A stretch of DNA of 64,000 bases from an uncultured cyanobacterium (GTDB taxonomy: Bacteria > Cyanobacteriota > Cyanobacteriia > Cyanobacteriales > CAWCAG01), in contig CAWCAG010000009.1 in NCBI GenBank assembly GCA_963793425.1, positions 992,001-1,056,000 on the forward strand. The letters are read 5' to 3'. Each line of letters starts with the position of its first letter. Position 1 is the stretch's first letter. Below the pieces are notes generated by a model. It did not search any database. It was given only the letters and a program-made list of their open reading frames with translations, and was not told the DNA's origin. This document shows positions 51,146 through 62,282 of the stretch, one piece after another. The position numbers and the translations under genes were made by a program.

Positions 51146-53659
51146 ATGGCAAAACAGCTAAACCTGTTAGAAAGTGGTCAGATAGTTCCCACCGCGATAC
51201 ATACAGAAATGGAACGGTCTTATCTTGAATATGCCATGAGTGTCATAGTTGGTAGGGCCTTACCTGATGTTCGAGACGGGCTAAAACCTGTCCATCGACG
51301 AATTTTGTATGCCATGCACGAACTAGGTTTGACCCCAGACCGACCTTATCGTAAATGTGCCAGAGTAGTTGGAGATGTTTTAGGTAAATATCATCCCCAC
51401 GGAGATCAGTCCGTTTATGACGCATTGGTACGGATGGTACAAGATTTCTCCAGTCGTCATCCCCTGTTATCCGGACATGGGAACTTTGGTTCGGTGGATA
51501 ATGACCCTCCCGCTGCGATGCGCTATACAGAAACACGACTGGCAGAAATTGCTCATCAAGCTCTGTTGAGGGAAATTGGCGAAGCAACTGTTGATTTTAC
51601 AAGCAACTTTGACAATTCTCAGCAAGAACCAGTAGTACTACCAGCTCAGTTACCTATATTATTGCTTAATGGTTGTTCCGGAATAGCAGTAGGTATGGCC
51701 ACCAATGTACCTCCTCATAACTTGGGAGAGGTGGTAGATGGCTTAATTGCCTTGATTGATAAGCCTAATTTACCTGATGAAAAACTTTGGCAATTAATTA
51801 GGGGACCAGATTTTCCCACTGGGGGAGAGATTATTGAAACCGCAGTCATTAAGGAAGTTTATCGCCAAGGGAGAGGAAGTATCCCTCTGCGGGGGGTTGC
51901 TGCCATTGAAAAGTTGCGTACCGAAGGTAAGCGACGCAGAATTAAGACAGCGATTGTGGTGACAGAATTACCTTTCCAGGTTAATAAAGCAGGTTGGATT
52001 GAAAAAGTTGCTGATTTGGTTAATCAAGGGCGTTTAGAAGGCATCTCTGATATTCGCGATGAGAGCGATCGCGATGGTATGCGGGTGGTGATTGAATTAA
52101 AACGTGATACTAATGCTCAACAAATTCTCCGTCAACTCTACAAACAAACAGCCCTACAAAATAACTTTGGGGCCATTATGCTGGCGTTGGTGGATAACAA
52201 GCCCTGTCAGCTCTCTTTGAGGGAATTATTAGAAAAGTTCCTTAGCTTCCGAGAACAAACCCTTACTCGGCTTTATAGATACGAATTAGAGCAGAATCAA
52301 AGAAGAATTCATCTGGTTGAAGGGTTGTTAGCGGCACTCAAAAACTTAGATCGAGTTATTGAGATTTTACGCAATGCCCCCGATGGCAGCACAGCTAAAG
52401 TGACATTACAAGAAGAATTAGCAATTAGTGAACCCCAAGCCGATTCTATTTTAGCTATGCCGATGCGCCGCTTGACGGGGTTAGAAAGGCAGAAGTTACA
52501 GACAGAGTATGAGGAATTACAAGAAAAGATTGCTGAGTTAAACAAATTATTAGGCGATCGCGGGGAGTTCTTAAAAGCCCTGAAAAAAGAGTTACGTTCT
52601 TTGAAGCGTAAATATGGTAATCCTCGCCGTACTAAAATTCTTTCAGCGGAGGAGGTACGAAAAGCTGCCGCTACAGCGAAGAAAGGGCAAAAAAGCAAAA
52701 AGTCCCCTCAGAAATCTAGTGTTGCACCAGTTTTGTCAGCAACAGAAGCTTTACCCCCCAAAGATGCAGTAATTGAGGTTACTCGCCAAGGATATGTTCA
52801 TTGGCAAACCCCCTCCGGAGGGAGAAAAGCTTCAACTAGCAATCGGGATTTTGTTGTCAATACTTTAGCTGTTAAGCAACAAGAGCAATTGGTGGTACTA
52901 ACAGCGAGTGGCAAGGCATATCCGGTTGCCCTCACAGAAATTCCCCAAGTAGGAAATATTAAAAAAACTCGTCTTTTAAGCTTATTACCAAAATCTGTCC
53001 AGAAGCCGGAAGAAAGGGTTGTAGGGCAATTTTTCTTGCCCCAGGACAAAAAACAAAAACCTCAAGATTTAGTCTTACTTACCAAAGAAGGGCGCATTAA
53101 ACGCTTGGCAATCTCAGAGTTGAAAGATTTAAGTAACCGAGGACTACAAGTAATTAAACTCAAAGACAAAGACAGCTTGGATTATGCTTGTTTGGCACAA
53201 GAAGGGCAACAAATGGCGATCGCCACTACAGGAGGGCGCATTTTACGTTTTGAGGTGAATGATGAACAATTGGCAATTATGGGACGTAATGCCCAAGGCA
53301 ATCAGGCTTTAAGGTTACGTTACAACGAGAATTTGGTTAGTGGCGTTGTTGTTAATGAAAATGATAGTCTTTTGCTAGTGTCAGGATTTGGTTATGCTAA
53401 GCGATTGGCAGTTAAATCTTTACGTTTGGCTAATCGAGGGGATATTGGTACTCAAGCTTTACAGTTTGCTGAGTCAGACGATTCCTTAGTAGGATTAATT
53501 TTAGCTCCGAAGCAAGCTAGTTTTACTCTTTTAACAGCGACGGATAAAGTAATTAGTTTACCGATTAAGCCTATTAAAAATTTGGGCAAGGATGGTACGG
53601 GGAATCATCTCTCAAAACTAAAAGCTAGAGAAAGAGTGAAAGAGATTTGGTTACAGTAA
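51146..53659 (+). CDS. gyrA: DNA gyrase/topoisomerase IV subunit A paralogue
   Basis: [22 protein letters not shown] and AAMRYTE motifs; beta-pinwheel CTD; no clear GyrA-box. Confidence 0.9.
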   Translation: MAKQLNLLESGQIVPTAIHTEMERSYLEYAMSVIVGRALPDVRDGLKPVHRRILYAMHELGLTPDRPYRKCARVVGDVLGKYHPHGDQSVYDALVRMVQDFSSRHPLLSGHGNFGSVDNDPPAAMRYTETRLAEIAHQALLREIGEATVDFTSNFDNSQQEPVVLPAQLPILLLNGCSGIAVGMATNVPPHNLGEVVDGLIALIDKPNLPDEKLWQLIRGPDFPTGGEIIETAVIKEVYRQGRGSIPLRGVAAIEKLRTEGKRRRIKTAIVVTELPFQVNKAGWIEKVADLVNQGRLEGISDIRDESDRDGMRVVIELKRDTNAQQILRQLYKQTALQNNFGAIMLALVDNKPCQLSLRELLEKFLSFREQTLTRLYRYELEQNQRRIHLVEGLLAALKNLDRVIEILRNAPDGSTAKVTLQEELAISEPQADSILAMPMRRLTGLERQKLQTEYEELQEKIAELNKLLGDRGEFLKALKKELRSLKRKYGNPRRTKILSAEEVRKAAATAKKGQKSKKSPQKSSVAPVLSATEALPPKDAVIEVTRQGYVHWQTPSGGRKASTSNRDFVVNTLAVKQQEQLVVLTASGKAYPVALTEIPQVGNIKKTRLLSLLPKSVQKPEERVVGQFFLPQDKKQKPQDLVLLTKEGRIKRLAISELKDLSNRGLQVIKLKDKDSLDYACLAQEGQQMAIATTGGRILRFEVNDEQLAIMGRNAQGNQALRLRYNENLVSGVVVNENDSLLLVSGFGYAKRLAVKSLRLANRGDIGTQALQFAESDDSLVGLILAPKQASFTLLTATDKVISLPIKPIKNLGKDGTGNHLSKLKARERVKEIWLQ

Positions 53660-53764
53660 AATAAAAGGACTGGTTTACTTAGTTACCAGCTTATAACTCA
53701 TATAGCTAAATACACGGGATTGAGTGAAAATGAAGTTGAACAACTGTAGTTTTATTACCAACAA

Positions 53765-56761
53765 TTAGGGTTCTGGTCCTAAAAGGGTAGGATTTTCAAC
53801 TTCGCGAATAATTGTTTCTGGAGAAGCATTCTCTGCTTGTTCGGGGTTGAAAAGTACTTCAAGGGCTTTCTCTAAAGTTTCTGCCATAGCAATGCGGTTT
53901 TCATAAACAACAATTACCCTAGCTAAAATCGGTAAACTATTCTCTTCTGCTTCTAAATAAAGAGGCTCTACATAAATTAAAGATTGTTCAATGGGAATCA
54001 TCAATAAGTTTCCCTGAATAGCGTTAGAGCCTTGGTTATCCCAAAGGGAAATTTGTTGAGAAATAACTGGATCTTGGTTAATTAGGGCTTCAATTTGTTC
54101 TGGTCCGTAGATCAGTCTTTGTTTAGGAAATTCATAGAGTAGGAGTTTACCATAATTATCACCATCAGAACGTGCCGCTAGCCAAGCAACTAAGTTATTA
54201 CGACTAGTGGGAGTGTAGGGGTGGAGGAGAATAAATTCTTCTGAGGCTAACTCTGGTAGTTTAACAATTAAGTAGTAAGGTTCTACTGGTTGAGATTCTG
54301 CCCCGTAAATCTCTTTGGGAATTTGCCATTGATCTTCCCGGTTATAAAAGACTTGGAAGTCTGTCATGTGGTAGGTTAGCAACTGTTCCGATTGGGTGCT
54401 AAATAAGTCTAGGGGATAGCGAATATGGCTGAAGAGAGTTTCTGGCATCTCTTCTAAGGGTTTGAAGAGTTGAGGGAAAATTTTAGCCCAGGTTTGGATG
54501 ATGGGATCATCCTTATCGACAACATAAAAATCGACATCGCCGTTGTAGGCATCCACAACAATTTTGACTGAGTTACGGATGTAATTAAATTTGTTCTTGC
54601 CTGGGTCAGAATAAGGATAACGATTGCTGGTGGTGTAGGCATCAATGATCCAATAGAGGTAGTTTTCTTGGTCAGTTTCCCCAATTTCTGGCACATTGGC
54701 ATTAACTAAATAGGGGTCATGATCAAAACGTAAAAAAGGGGCGATCGCTTGGCAACGAGTTTTGATATCCCGGCGTAGGAGAAGTTTGGTTTCTGGTGTG
54801 AAGTTTTCTGTGAAAAGCATTTGCCAATCTTTAAGATAGGCTGCAAAAAAGATACGCTGCCAGTAGTTGCCAATGTCAATACCCCCTCTACCGTCGTAGG
54901 TGTTGTAGACGTTATCATCCCCGCTGGGATAGTCTAATTCCTCAATTCTGGTGGAGGTGAGGACGTAGTTATCTGTGAGTTGCCCGTAGTAAATGCGGGG
55001 TTTGCCAATGGGGATACTATCTCTGATATAAGGATCGGAGGTACGTAATGTCCCTTGTTCACTTTCCTCTGATCCTGTACCAATGTCCTTAACAAAATAA
55101 AAAGGTAGTCCCCCTTCTCCGACTTTGTTAACAGGAGAGAGAGTAAAACCATAACCGTGGGTATAAACTAGATGTTTGTTGACCCAAGTTTGGGCTTCTT
55201 GGGGTACAGACTTATAGTCTAGTTCCCTGGGGGCAATGATTACTTGCTGTCTGAGAGTATCAGGGATTGTACTATCTTCTTCTTCGCCAACTTTAAGGGT
55301 ATAACGGTCAATATCAGCATCAGGAAAGCGGTAGTAGAGGCGAATTTGCTGTAGTTGGCGATTCGTTTGTAATAGAGGGCGAGTGTCCCAAAGACGAATA
55401 TCCCTAACGGTTAAACTGTTTTCTGTAATATCTTTAGCATTAAGCCCTGCTTGGGGGTTAAATTGTATTGCTTCAATTGTGTCTAAACCAAAGGCTTTTC
55501 TGGTATTAGTAATACTTCTTTGAATATAAAGTTCTTCCCTAGCTAATTCGTTAGGTAATACTTCCAAATTCTGTACTATTGCTGGTAATAATTTGGCGAA
55601 AAGAACAAAAGCAATTAAGTATGAAGCAAGGACACCCATAGCCGGGTAAAGTGAAGGAGAAAGAGAATATTTAGCTAAACTCCGCCACAAAAGCCAAAAG
55701 GCAATTCCACCTGCCACTACAGCGAGGCCTGTTTCTACAGGTAACTGTATTTTAACATCGGTATAGCTAGCTCCATAAGCTACTCCCCGTAAAGAGTACA
55801 GCAATTCATAGCGCTTAAGCCAATGGTTAAAGGCTTCGGTAAACATCATCAAACTTCCTAGCCCCTGAAGATGATGCAATTGAGGTGAGGAAAAGCCGGG
55901 GAATTTACCTTGAGAAAGGCTATTTCCAGATACTAAATAGAGTAAACAACAAGCAATAAAGGTATAGCCAAATAGACCGCTTAGCCAAAAATCCAATAAT
56001 TTCCAGATCGGAAATTTAAAGATATAGAAACTCAGATCATTTTGGAAGAGAGGATCTAGTTCATTAAAATTCGTGGCCGCGAAGTATTGGAGAAACCTTG
56101 TCCAGTTGCCAGCAATGATGGTACTAAAAGTTAAACTTAGTCCCACGGCGATCGCCATGAGAATAAATTCAGTATTAATGAATAAAATAGTTGCTATGGC
56201 AATCAATATCGCAATTTGCCAGATAATCGCATTTTTAGCTAAGATTGCATTTGCTAATTCAAGTATTTCTAACCTCAAGGAAAAAGGCAGAGGTGGAGCA
56301 ACATTTAAGACACTCAAGCCAGGTTGCCAAAACTTGGCAACTATTTGGCTATAGTGCAGAACAATCAATCCAACCAGTAAGTTTAAGCTAATTAGAAGTG
56401 GTAGTAATATTTTCAGGTTAAAGGCAGTTTTAGTCGCCGCTTTTTCAGTTGCCTCCCTAGGCAAAGAGTTAATTGTTAAATATTTTCTTTCTTGTTCTTC
56501 TGGCTGAGGATAGCGAAATTTTCTAGCTAGAAAGATATTAAGAAAGAGAAACACTCCTGAAACCAAGAAAGTAAGGAGCCAAAGTTGTAATTTATTAGTT
56601 AATCCTTTGACAAAAACTTCTAGATAACCAATTTCTTGAAACCAAAAGGATTCTGCTTTCAAAGTAGCAATAATATCCAAAGCAAAGCCTAGTCCGATTA
56701 GAAGAACTAGCAAGGTTAATATCTTGTGGTGACGAGGAAAGTTGGCTAAGCTTTTTAGCAT
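53765..56761 (-). CDS. UPF0182 family membrane protein
   Basis: DPLFQNDLSFYIF, IRLWD, YTHGYG, NYIRNSVK and YVEPLYL motifs. Confidence 0.93.
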   Translation of the reverse strand: MLKSLANFPRHHKILTLLVLLIGLGFALDIIATLKAESFWFQEIGYLEVFVKGLTNKLQLWLLTFLVSGVFLFLNIFLARKFRYPQPEEQERKYLTINSLPREATEKAATKTAFNLKILLPLLISLNLLVGLIVLHYSQIVAKFWQPGLSVLNVAPPLPFSLRLEILELANAILAKNAIIWQIAILIAIATILFINTEFILMAIAVGLSLTFSTIIAGNWTRFLQYFAATNFNELDPLFQNDLSFYIFKFPIWKLLDFWLSGLFGYTFIACCLLYLVSGNSLSQGKFPGFSSPQLHHLQGLGSLMMFTEAFNHWLKRYELLYSLRGVAYGASYTDVKIQLPVETGLAVVAGGIAFWLLWRSLAKYSLSPSLYPAMGVLASYLIAFVLFAKLLPAIVQNLEVLPNELAREELYIQRSITNTRKAFGLDTIEAIQFNPQAGLNAKDITENSLTVRDIRLWDTRPLLQTNRQLQQIRLYYRFPDADIDRYTLKVGEEEDSTIPDTLRQQVIIAPRELDYKSVPQEAQTWVNKHLVYTHGYGFTLSPVNKVGEGGLPFYFVKDIGTGSEESEQGTLRTSDPYIRDSIPIGKPRIYYGQLTDNYVLTSTRIEELDYPSGDDNVYNTYDGRGGIDIGNYWQRIFFAAYLKDWQMLFTENFTPETKLLLRRDIKTRCQAIAPFLRFDHDPYLVNANVPEIGETDQENYLYWIIDAYTTSNRYPYSDPGKNKFNYIRNSVKIVVDAYNGDVDFYVVDKDDPIIQTWAKIFPQLFKPLEEMPETLFSHIRYPLDLFSTQSEQLLTYHMTDFQVFYNREDQWQIPKEIYGAESQPVEPYYLIVKLPELASEEFILLHPYTPTSRNNLVAWLAARSDGDNYGKLLLYEFPKQRLIYGPEQIEALINQDPVISQQISLWDNQGSNAIQGNLLMIPIEQSLIYVEPLYLEAEENSLPILARVIVVYENRIAMAETLEKALEVLFNPEQAENASPETIIREVENPTLLGPEP

Positions 56762-56805
56762 TTAGAATAAGTAATTAGGTGGTCAGTAAACATCTACACT
56801 GCTCC

Positions 56806-57177
56806 CTACTCCCCACTCTCTTCTCCCTTATGCTTGGGGCGATTATTTTTATCGACGAAAACCACTGTTGGTTGATGATTTTTTGCTTCTTCTGAATTTA
56901 ACTGACCGTAGGTCATAATAATTAAGCGATCGCCTCCTACTCCTAAACGGGCAGCAGCACCATTTAGTTCAATGATGCCAGAGTTAGCTGTTGCTTCAAT
57001 AGCGTAGGTAATTAACCTCTCTCCGTTGGAAATATTAACCACTTGCACTTGTTCATAAACAGAAATTCCTGATTTATCTAACAAGGTTTTATCAACACTA
57101 ATACTACCAACATAATTGAGATTAGTAGACGTTAAAGTACAGTTATGAATTTTAGCCAATAAAAATATACGTTGCAT
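56806..57177 (-). CDS. panD: Aspartate 1-decarboxylase
   Basis: [11 protein letters not shown] cleavage site, TYAI and LNGAAAR motifs. Confidence 0.96.
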   Translation of the reverse strand: MQRIFLLAKIHNCTLTSTNLNYVGSISVDKTLLDKSGISVYEQVQVVNISNGERLITYAIEATANSGIIELNGAAARLGVGGDRLIIMTYGQLNSEEAKNHQPTVVFVDKNNRPKHKGEESGE

Positions 57178-57292
57178 AGATTAGTTATTAGTTGAGCTTT
57201 TTAGCAAGAGCTAAATAATACATTTTTTCAGAAAAAAATACAGTAAAGTAGTATCAATTTTATTTTATCTTACTCAGCTCCCCAACTCTCCA

Positions 57293-60200
57293 TCACTCCG
57301 CTTCACCAAGCAACATAAACCCCGCCCAATTAAGAGGATTGGGGTCAACTTCTTTTCTGGTTAACATTGCTTGTCGTAATGCCTGGGCTTTGTCGGGATT
57401 AGTTTCCAGGTTCTTATAAAACTCTGTCATCAAGGGGGCTGTGGGATTGTCTGGTAAACTCCACAGGGAAACTACGAGGCTGGGAACTCCGGCGTTAAAG
57501 AAAGCGCGGGATAAACCAATAACCCCGTCGCTAGTGATGTCTCCTAAGCCTGTATTGCAAGCGCTGAGAACAACGAGATCCGCTTGTAACTTCATGTTGT
57601 AAATATCAACAGCGCTGAGTAAACCATCATTCTTTTCATCTGGGGCGAGGGCAATTACTCCAGGCATCAGGTTTTCGGAGTAGTTGAGTAAACCGTGGGT
57701 GGCGAAGTGGATTAACTTCGCTTGGGGCATCTTCTCCACTACAGCGGTTTCTGTTGCTTCTGTACCAATGAGGGGTTGCACTCCTTGCCTTTGAGCAATT
57801 GTTTTTGCTTCTGCTTCTGTTCCTGGCAAGGAGTCTAGTTTATCCTCTGGTGGTTCCCCTGGTACTACGGTAATGGGAGGCATCTTCGGATTACCAATGA
57901 TTAAGGCTTCTCCTGTTGTTCCGGTTAAGCTGGTTTTTCTTTTATGGGTTAAATCTAAAACTTGGATGGAAGGAGAAGAGACAATAGTGTGTTTGTCGAT
58001 TAAATATTGCCCCTCTTCATCTTGCAAGGCGGCAAAGGGAACAAAGAACAGTTCTTGATCCGGAATAAATACTACCCTGGCTTCAGGATCTTGGGGCAGT
58101 AAGTCAGCGATGGGGGCGATGAGGAGTTGGTGGAGTTTCTTTAACTTCTGTTCCGTATACTGTTCTTTTCCTGGTTGTACTAATTCTCCTAAGCCGCGAC
58201 TATCGATACCAGGAGATTCACCAGTGTTGGCGATGAGTTGGGCAAAGGCGGATTCGGAGGTGTTGTCTGTGGCTAACTGTTGGTTTGAGGTGACGAGGAA
58301 GATGAGGCTACCTGTGCTGGCGAGGCAGATAACTCCTAGTAGCGAGGGGACAAAGATTTTAGTTTTTGATGTTTTTCGGTAGAAGTAAATTAAGGCAAGG
58401 AGGCTAAGTAGGGAAAGTAGGGAGGTGGTGATGGTGAGGGGGAAGCCCCAGGCTGGTTTCTTTTGTTCCCAGAAGAAGTCTAGGAATGAGAGTAGAGGGG
58501 TTGTTCCAAATTCCTTTTCTTTCCAGAGGGGAGTGAGATCCACGGATTGAAATTCAACTTTACCGGAAGGTTGGATTACCCAAATATAGAGTGCTGATTC
58601 TTTAGGAATTTGTTTACCTTCGATGTGAACAGTCTCATAAACAACGGCATATTCTACGAGAGCGGCTTTTTGTTTTTGAGCAATTTTCTTAATTTCTGAC
58701 AATAAAGGAGGTTGAATGGGAGTTATCTAAATCCTTAGCTAATAATTCTACTAAGGTTCTTGTGCGACTCCGTTCAGAAACTTCTAGAGCTGCTTCCGTT
58801 TTCTGTTGGGCGATGAGAACTTCTTGTAAGAGGCGATAGGTGCGGGCTTGCTGTTCAAAAATTGAGAGTTTATTTGCAGTATTTAATTCTTCTCGGATTG
58901 TTTCCCATACATTAATTCCTGCCTGAAGAACCTTTTCTGCTTCGGCAAACTTACTTGCTTTATGCAAAGCCATTGCCAAGATTATTTAAAGAACTAGCTT
59001 CCCCTTGTCTGTCCCCTATTTCCCTAGCTATATCAAGGGACTGCTGATAGAATTCAATCGCTTTTTGGTATTGCCCTAGGTAATGGTAAGCAACTCCCAA
59101 ATTACTCAAGGACTTAGCTTCTCCTTCGTCTGTCTCCTATTTCCCTAGCTATATCAAGAGACTGCTGATGTAATTTAATCGCTTTTTGGTATTGCCCTAG
59201 AGAATGGTAAGCATTACCCAAATTACTAAAGGAATTAGCTTCCCCTTGTCTATTCCCTATTTCCCTCGCTATATCAAGAGACTGCTGATTGTAGTTTAAT
59301 CTGCTTTTTGATATTGTCCTAGGGAATGATAAGCACTCCCAAATTACCTAAAGGAATTAGCTTCCCCTTGTCTATTACCTATTTCCCTGTCTATATCAAG
59401 GGACTGTTAGTAGAAATGTAATCGCTTTTTCGTATTGCCCTAGGGAATGGTAAGCAAGTCCCAAATTACCCAAGGAATTAGCTTCCCCTTGTCTATCCCC
59501 TATTTCCCTCGCTATATCTCGATGCTGCTGATGGAATTTAATCGCTTTTTCGTATTGCCCTAGGGAATGGTAAGCAATGTCCTAAATTACCTAAAGGAAT
59601 TAGCTTCCCCTTGTCTATCCCCTATTTTCCTCGCTATATCTCGATGACTGCAGATGGTATCGTAATTGCTTTTTGATATTGCCCTAACGAATAGTAAGCA
59701 ATGCCCAGATTACCCAAGGAATTAGCTTCCCATTGAAGATCTCCTAATTTCCCTAGCTATATCCAGAGACTGTCGGTGAAATTGTAATCGCTTTTTCGTA
59801 TTGCCCTAGAGAATCGTAAGCGAGTCCTAAATTACCCAAGGAAGCAGCTTCCCATTGAAGATCACTAATCTCCCTAGCTATATCCAGGGACTGTTGGTGG
59901 AATTGTAATTGCTTTTTGATATTGTCCTAAGGAATAGTAAGCCATTCCCAAATTACCCAATGAATTAGCTTCCCCTTGTCTGTCCCCTATTTTCCTGGCT
60001 ATATCTAAGATGCTTGCTGGATGGAAATGTAATCGCTTTTTGATATTGTCCTAAGGATATAGTAAGCTATTCCCAAATTACCCAGGGAATTAGCTTCCTT
60101 TGTCTGATCTACCTATTTCACGATAAATCTTCAATGCTTGTTCCCAAGACTGAATTGCAGCACTAAATTGACTATTATTGAACTGCTGCTTTCCCTGCTC

Positions 60201-60329
60201 AAATAGTTGATCTGCTTCTGCTTCACGGTTAGTTTGTGCCAGTATCTGCCTGGACTGAGTGGGAACAGACTGTGCTTGAGGAAGAGGGAGAAAGAGAAGG
60301 AAAATTAGTGTTAGGAGAAACTTTTTCAT
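57293..60329 (-). pseudogene. Signal peptide-TPR-CHAT (caspase-like) protein with multiple frameshifts
   Basis: N-terminus MKKFLL (60329); ~9 TPR repeats; ALEVSERSRTR; CHAT motifs HFATHG, VLSACNTG, SLW and WAGF. Confidence 0.85.
58985..60110. repeat. Tandem ~120-bp coding repeats (40-aa TPR units), ~9 copies
   Basis: Recurring GAATTAGCTTCCCCTTGTCT...CCTATTTCCCT...GCTATATC...GCTTTTT...TATTGCCCTAG...CCCAAATTAC at a period of about 119-125 bp. Confidence 0.9.
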
Positions 60330-60342
60330 ACAAGTCATTTTC

Positions 60343-60470
60343 GTAGGGTGGGCAAAATGCAACAGAATCGGCAATCATTCATCATCCCCCTTTGCCCACC
60401 ACAATCATCATGGTGGGCAAAGCTAACTGTACTGTCACAATCACGAATTAACAACAACTTGCCTACCCTA
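60343..60470. repeat. REP/BIME-like palindromic cluster
   Basis: GTAGGGTGGGCAAA / TTTGCCCACC / GGTGGGCAAAG / CTTGCCTACCCTA in alternating orientation. Confidence 0.65.
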
Positions 60471-60474
60471 GGTT

Positions 60475-61128
60475 TTATGACCTCTCCAAAATCCCCAAAC
60501 TCTCAATCAACTGGGGTTTCTCCTCTAAAGCAATCCTAGCGATCGCCACAAAATCACTCAACCAAACATTAAGCTCCTCAATCACCCCGTCCCTCACCTT
60601 CGTTGCATCCTGTGCCTCTCCCATCTCCTTCTTCTGGGCCAAATTAGCAGCCTCCACAGCCTCTACTTCAGCTTGTGCCGCCTCTAACTTCGCGGGAGTA
60701 ATGCCATACTCAGCAACAGCATCCAGAAAACCTTGATTACTAAGGATATTTTCATAAAACTGCTTCGCCTCCAACAACCAAGCAGAAAGAGCGCGTTTGC
60801 GGATACCATTGAGGGCTAACTCTGCTGCTGCACCCGGATTATCTTTAAAAGTGATGCGGGCAATTTTCAGGTGACGATTGTAACTTGCTTTAGCTGCTTC
60901 CCAAGTTTCGTTAAGGGCTGCTGTAGCGCTGTATTGTTCCCCGTACTCCTTGGTTTGCTTTTGTTGTGCTGCTAAAGCTTTGTCATAGAGGGTTTTACCT
61001 TGTTGGAGTTTTTCTGGAGTGTAACCATATTCTGTTAAATAAGCTTGAATTTGAGGTTGAGCGAGGGCGTTATCAATAGCAACGCGAGCATCATTGAGAA
61101 AACTGTCCAGAGTTTGATTAATTGCCAC
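60475..61128 (-). CDS. Hypothetical alpha-helical protein with internal duplication
   Basis: Two ~105-aa halves (EYGYTPEKL...GEQYSAT...KIARI / EYGITPAKL...GEAQDAT...AIARI). Confidence 0.8.
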   Translation of the reverse strand: MAINQTLDSFLNDARVAIDNALAQPQIQAYLTEYGYTPEKLQQGKTLYDKALAAQQKQTKEYGEQYSATAALNETWEAAKASYNRHLKIARITFKDNPGAAAELALNGIRKRALSAWLLEAKQFYENILSNQGFLDAVAEYGITPAKLEAAQAEVEAVEAANLAQKKEMGEAQDATKVRDGVIEELNVWLSDFVAIARIALEEKPQLIESLGILERS

Positions 61129-61255
61129 GGCGATTAATTTAGTAAGTTATTGTTGTTTGGCTATACATAGCTACGAAGGAATCACCAATTATTAAAGAAA
61201 AATGAGGAAAAATGTCATAAAAATTAAAGAGTTAGTCCGAGAAATAGCAAAGTAA

Positions 61256-61460
61256 GCTTACGGAACGACTTATTCGGCTTACGGAACAATTTATTTAGCT
61301 TGCTCAACGACTTATTCGGCTTACGGAACCATTCATTTAACTTACTCAACGACTTATTCGACTTACGGAACCATTCATTTAACTTACTCAACGACTTATT
61401 ACTTATTACTTATTACTTATTACTTATTACTTATTACTTATTACTTATTACTTATTACTT
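61256..61460. repeat. Seven 21-bp units merging into (ACTTATT)x9
   Basis: Units such as GCTTACGGAACGACTTATTCG and ACTTACTCAACGACTTATTCG at 61256-61402; heptamers at 61394-61460. Confidence 0.9.
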
Positions 61461-62213
61461 CCCCATCTCCCCAACTTCCTCAATAGACAAACTCAAAGCC
61501 GCAGCTACTTGCTCCACACTTAAACCCAAAGCTAATAAGCGGGGTACAGCTTGTCGCCTAGCTTGAGCTTCAGCTAAACGACCCTGTTCAGCCTCTTGTC
61601 TTGCTTCCTCAGTTTCTTGATAACTCAACAACTTCTTATTAGTTTGAGAGTCATAGAAACGTAATTCTTTCCCAATTAATCTTAAATCTAACCCCAATGT
61701 CTCAGAATACATCGACATCACTCCCCCACTCGCCACATTCTTAGCTATGGGTTGGTAAACCCCCTCTACTAGTCTCACCCCCTTGATTTGCTGCTTGAGA
61801 TAATCTCCTGTGGGGTCATATTGAAAATACTCTTCTACCCCCAGGTTTTGGTAGGTAATCGGCTTTTGTTCTTCATCTACCTTTTTGGTTGTGTTTGAAG
61901 TGATTTCTAGGATAAAACTAGGAACTTTTCCCCCTTCTTCCCACACTTTGTAAGTCTTCCGTTTCTTCTTCTCTACACCGAAGACCACAAAGACATCTGG
62001 GGCCACTACTGACTTTGGTACACCTTGTTGATAATAAATAAATAAGTTACCGGAAATATAAACATCTTCCCGGTTTTGAAAGTAGATGCTGAGGGCTTCT
62101 ACGCCATAAATTAAATAATCCCTAGTCGGATCACTTTCTGCCATTGGTTCACCATCACAATAGGGATAGAGATCATCTTCTGTTTCGATGAGTTGTTCTG
62201 ATGAAAGAGTCAT
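61455..62213 (-). CDS. Uma2 (DUF820) family endonuclease-like protein
   Basis: DGEPMAES, VAPDVFVV, ILEITS and GVEEYFQYDP motifs. Confidence 0.93.
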   Translation of the reverse strand: MTLSSEQLIETEDDLYPYCDGEPMAESDPTRDYLIYGVEALSIYFQNREDVYISGNLFIYYQQGVPKSVVAPDVFVVFGVEKKKRKTYKVWEEGGKVPSFILEITSNTTKKVDEEQKPITYQNLGVEEYFQYDPTGDYLKQQIKGVRLVEGVYQPIAKNVASGGVMSMYSETLGLDLRLIGKELRFYDSQTNKKLLSYQETEEARQEAEQGRLAEAQARRQAVPRLLALGLSVEQVAAALSLSIEEVGEMGK

Positions 62214-62282
62214 GATTTAGTAGACCTCTTACTCAATGGCTGTTGATTTTAGGATAACACTGCCCTTGTGTCTAGGAGTTAA

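Noticed and set aside
58985..60110. Possible CRISPR array or DGR template/variable repeats
   Set aside because: The 120-bp period encodes TPR units; no reverse transcriptase is present and I saw no adenine-specific variation
61256..61460. Possible CRISPR array
   Set aside because: The units are contiguous 21-mers with no unique spacers, and there are no cas genes in the window
61300..61566. 88-aa ORF
   Set aside because: It is a translation of tandem repeats (LLITYY)n and overlaps the Uma2 gene antisense
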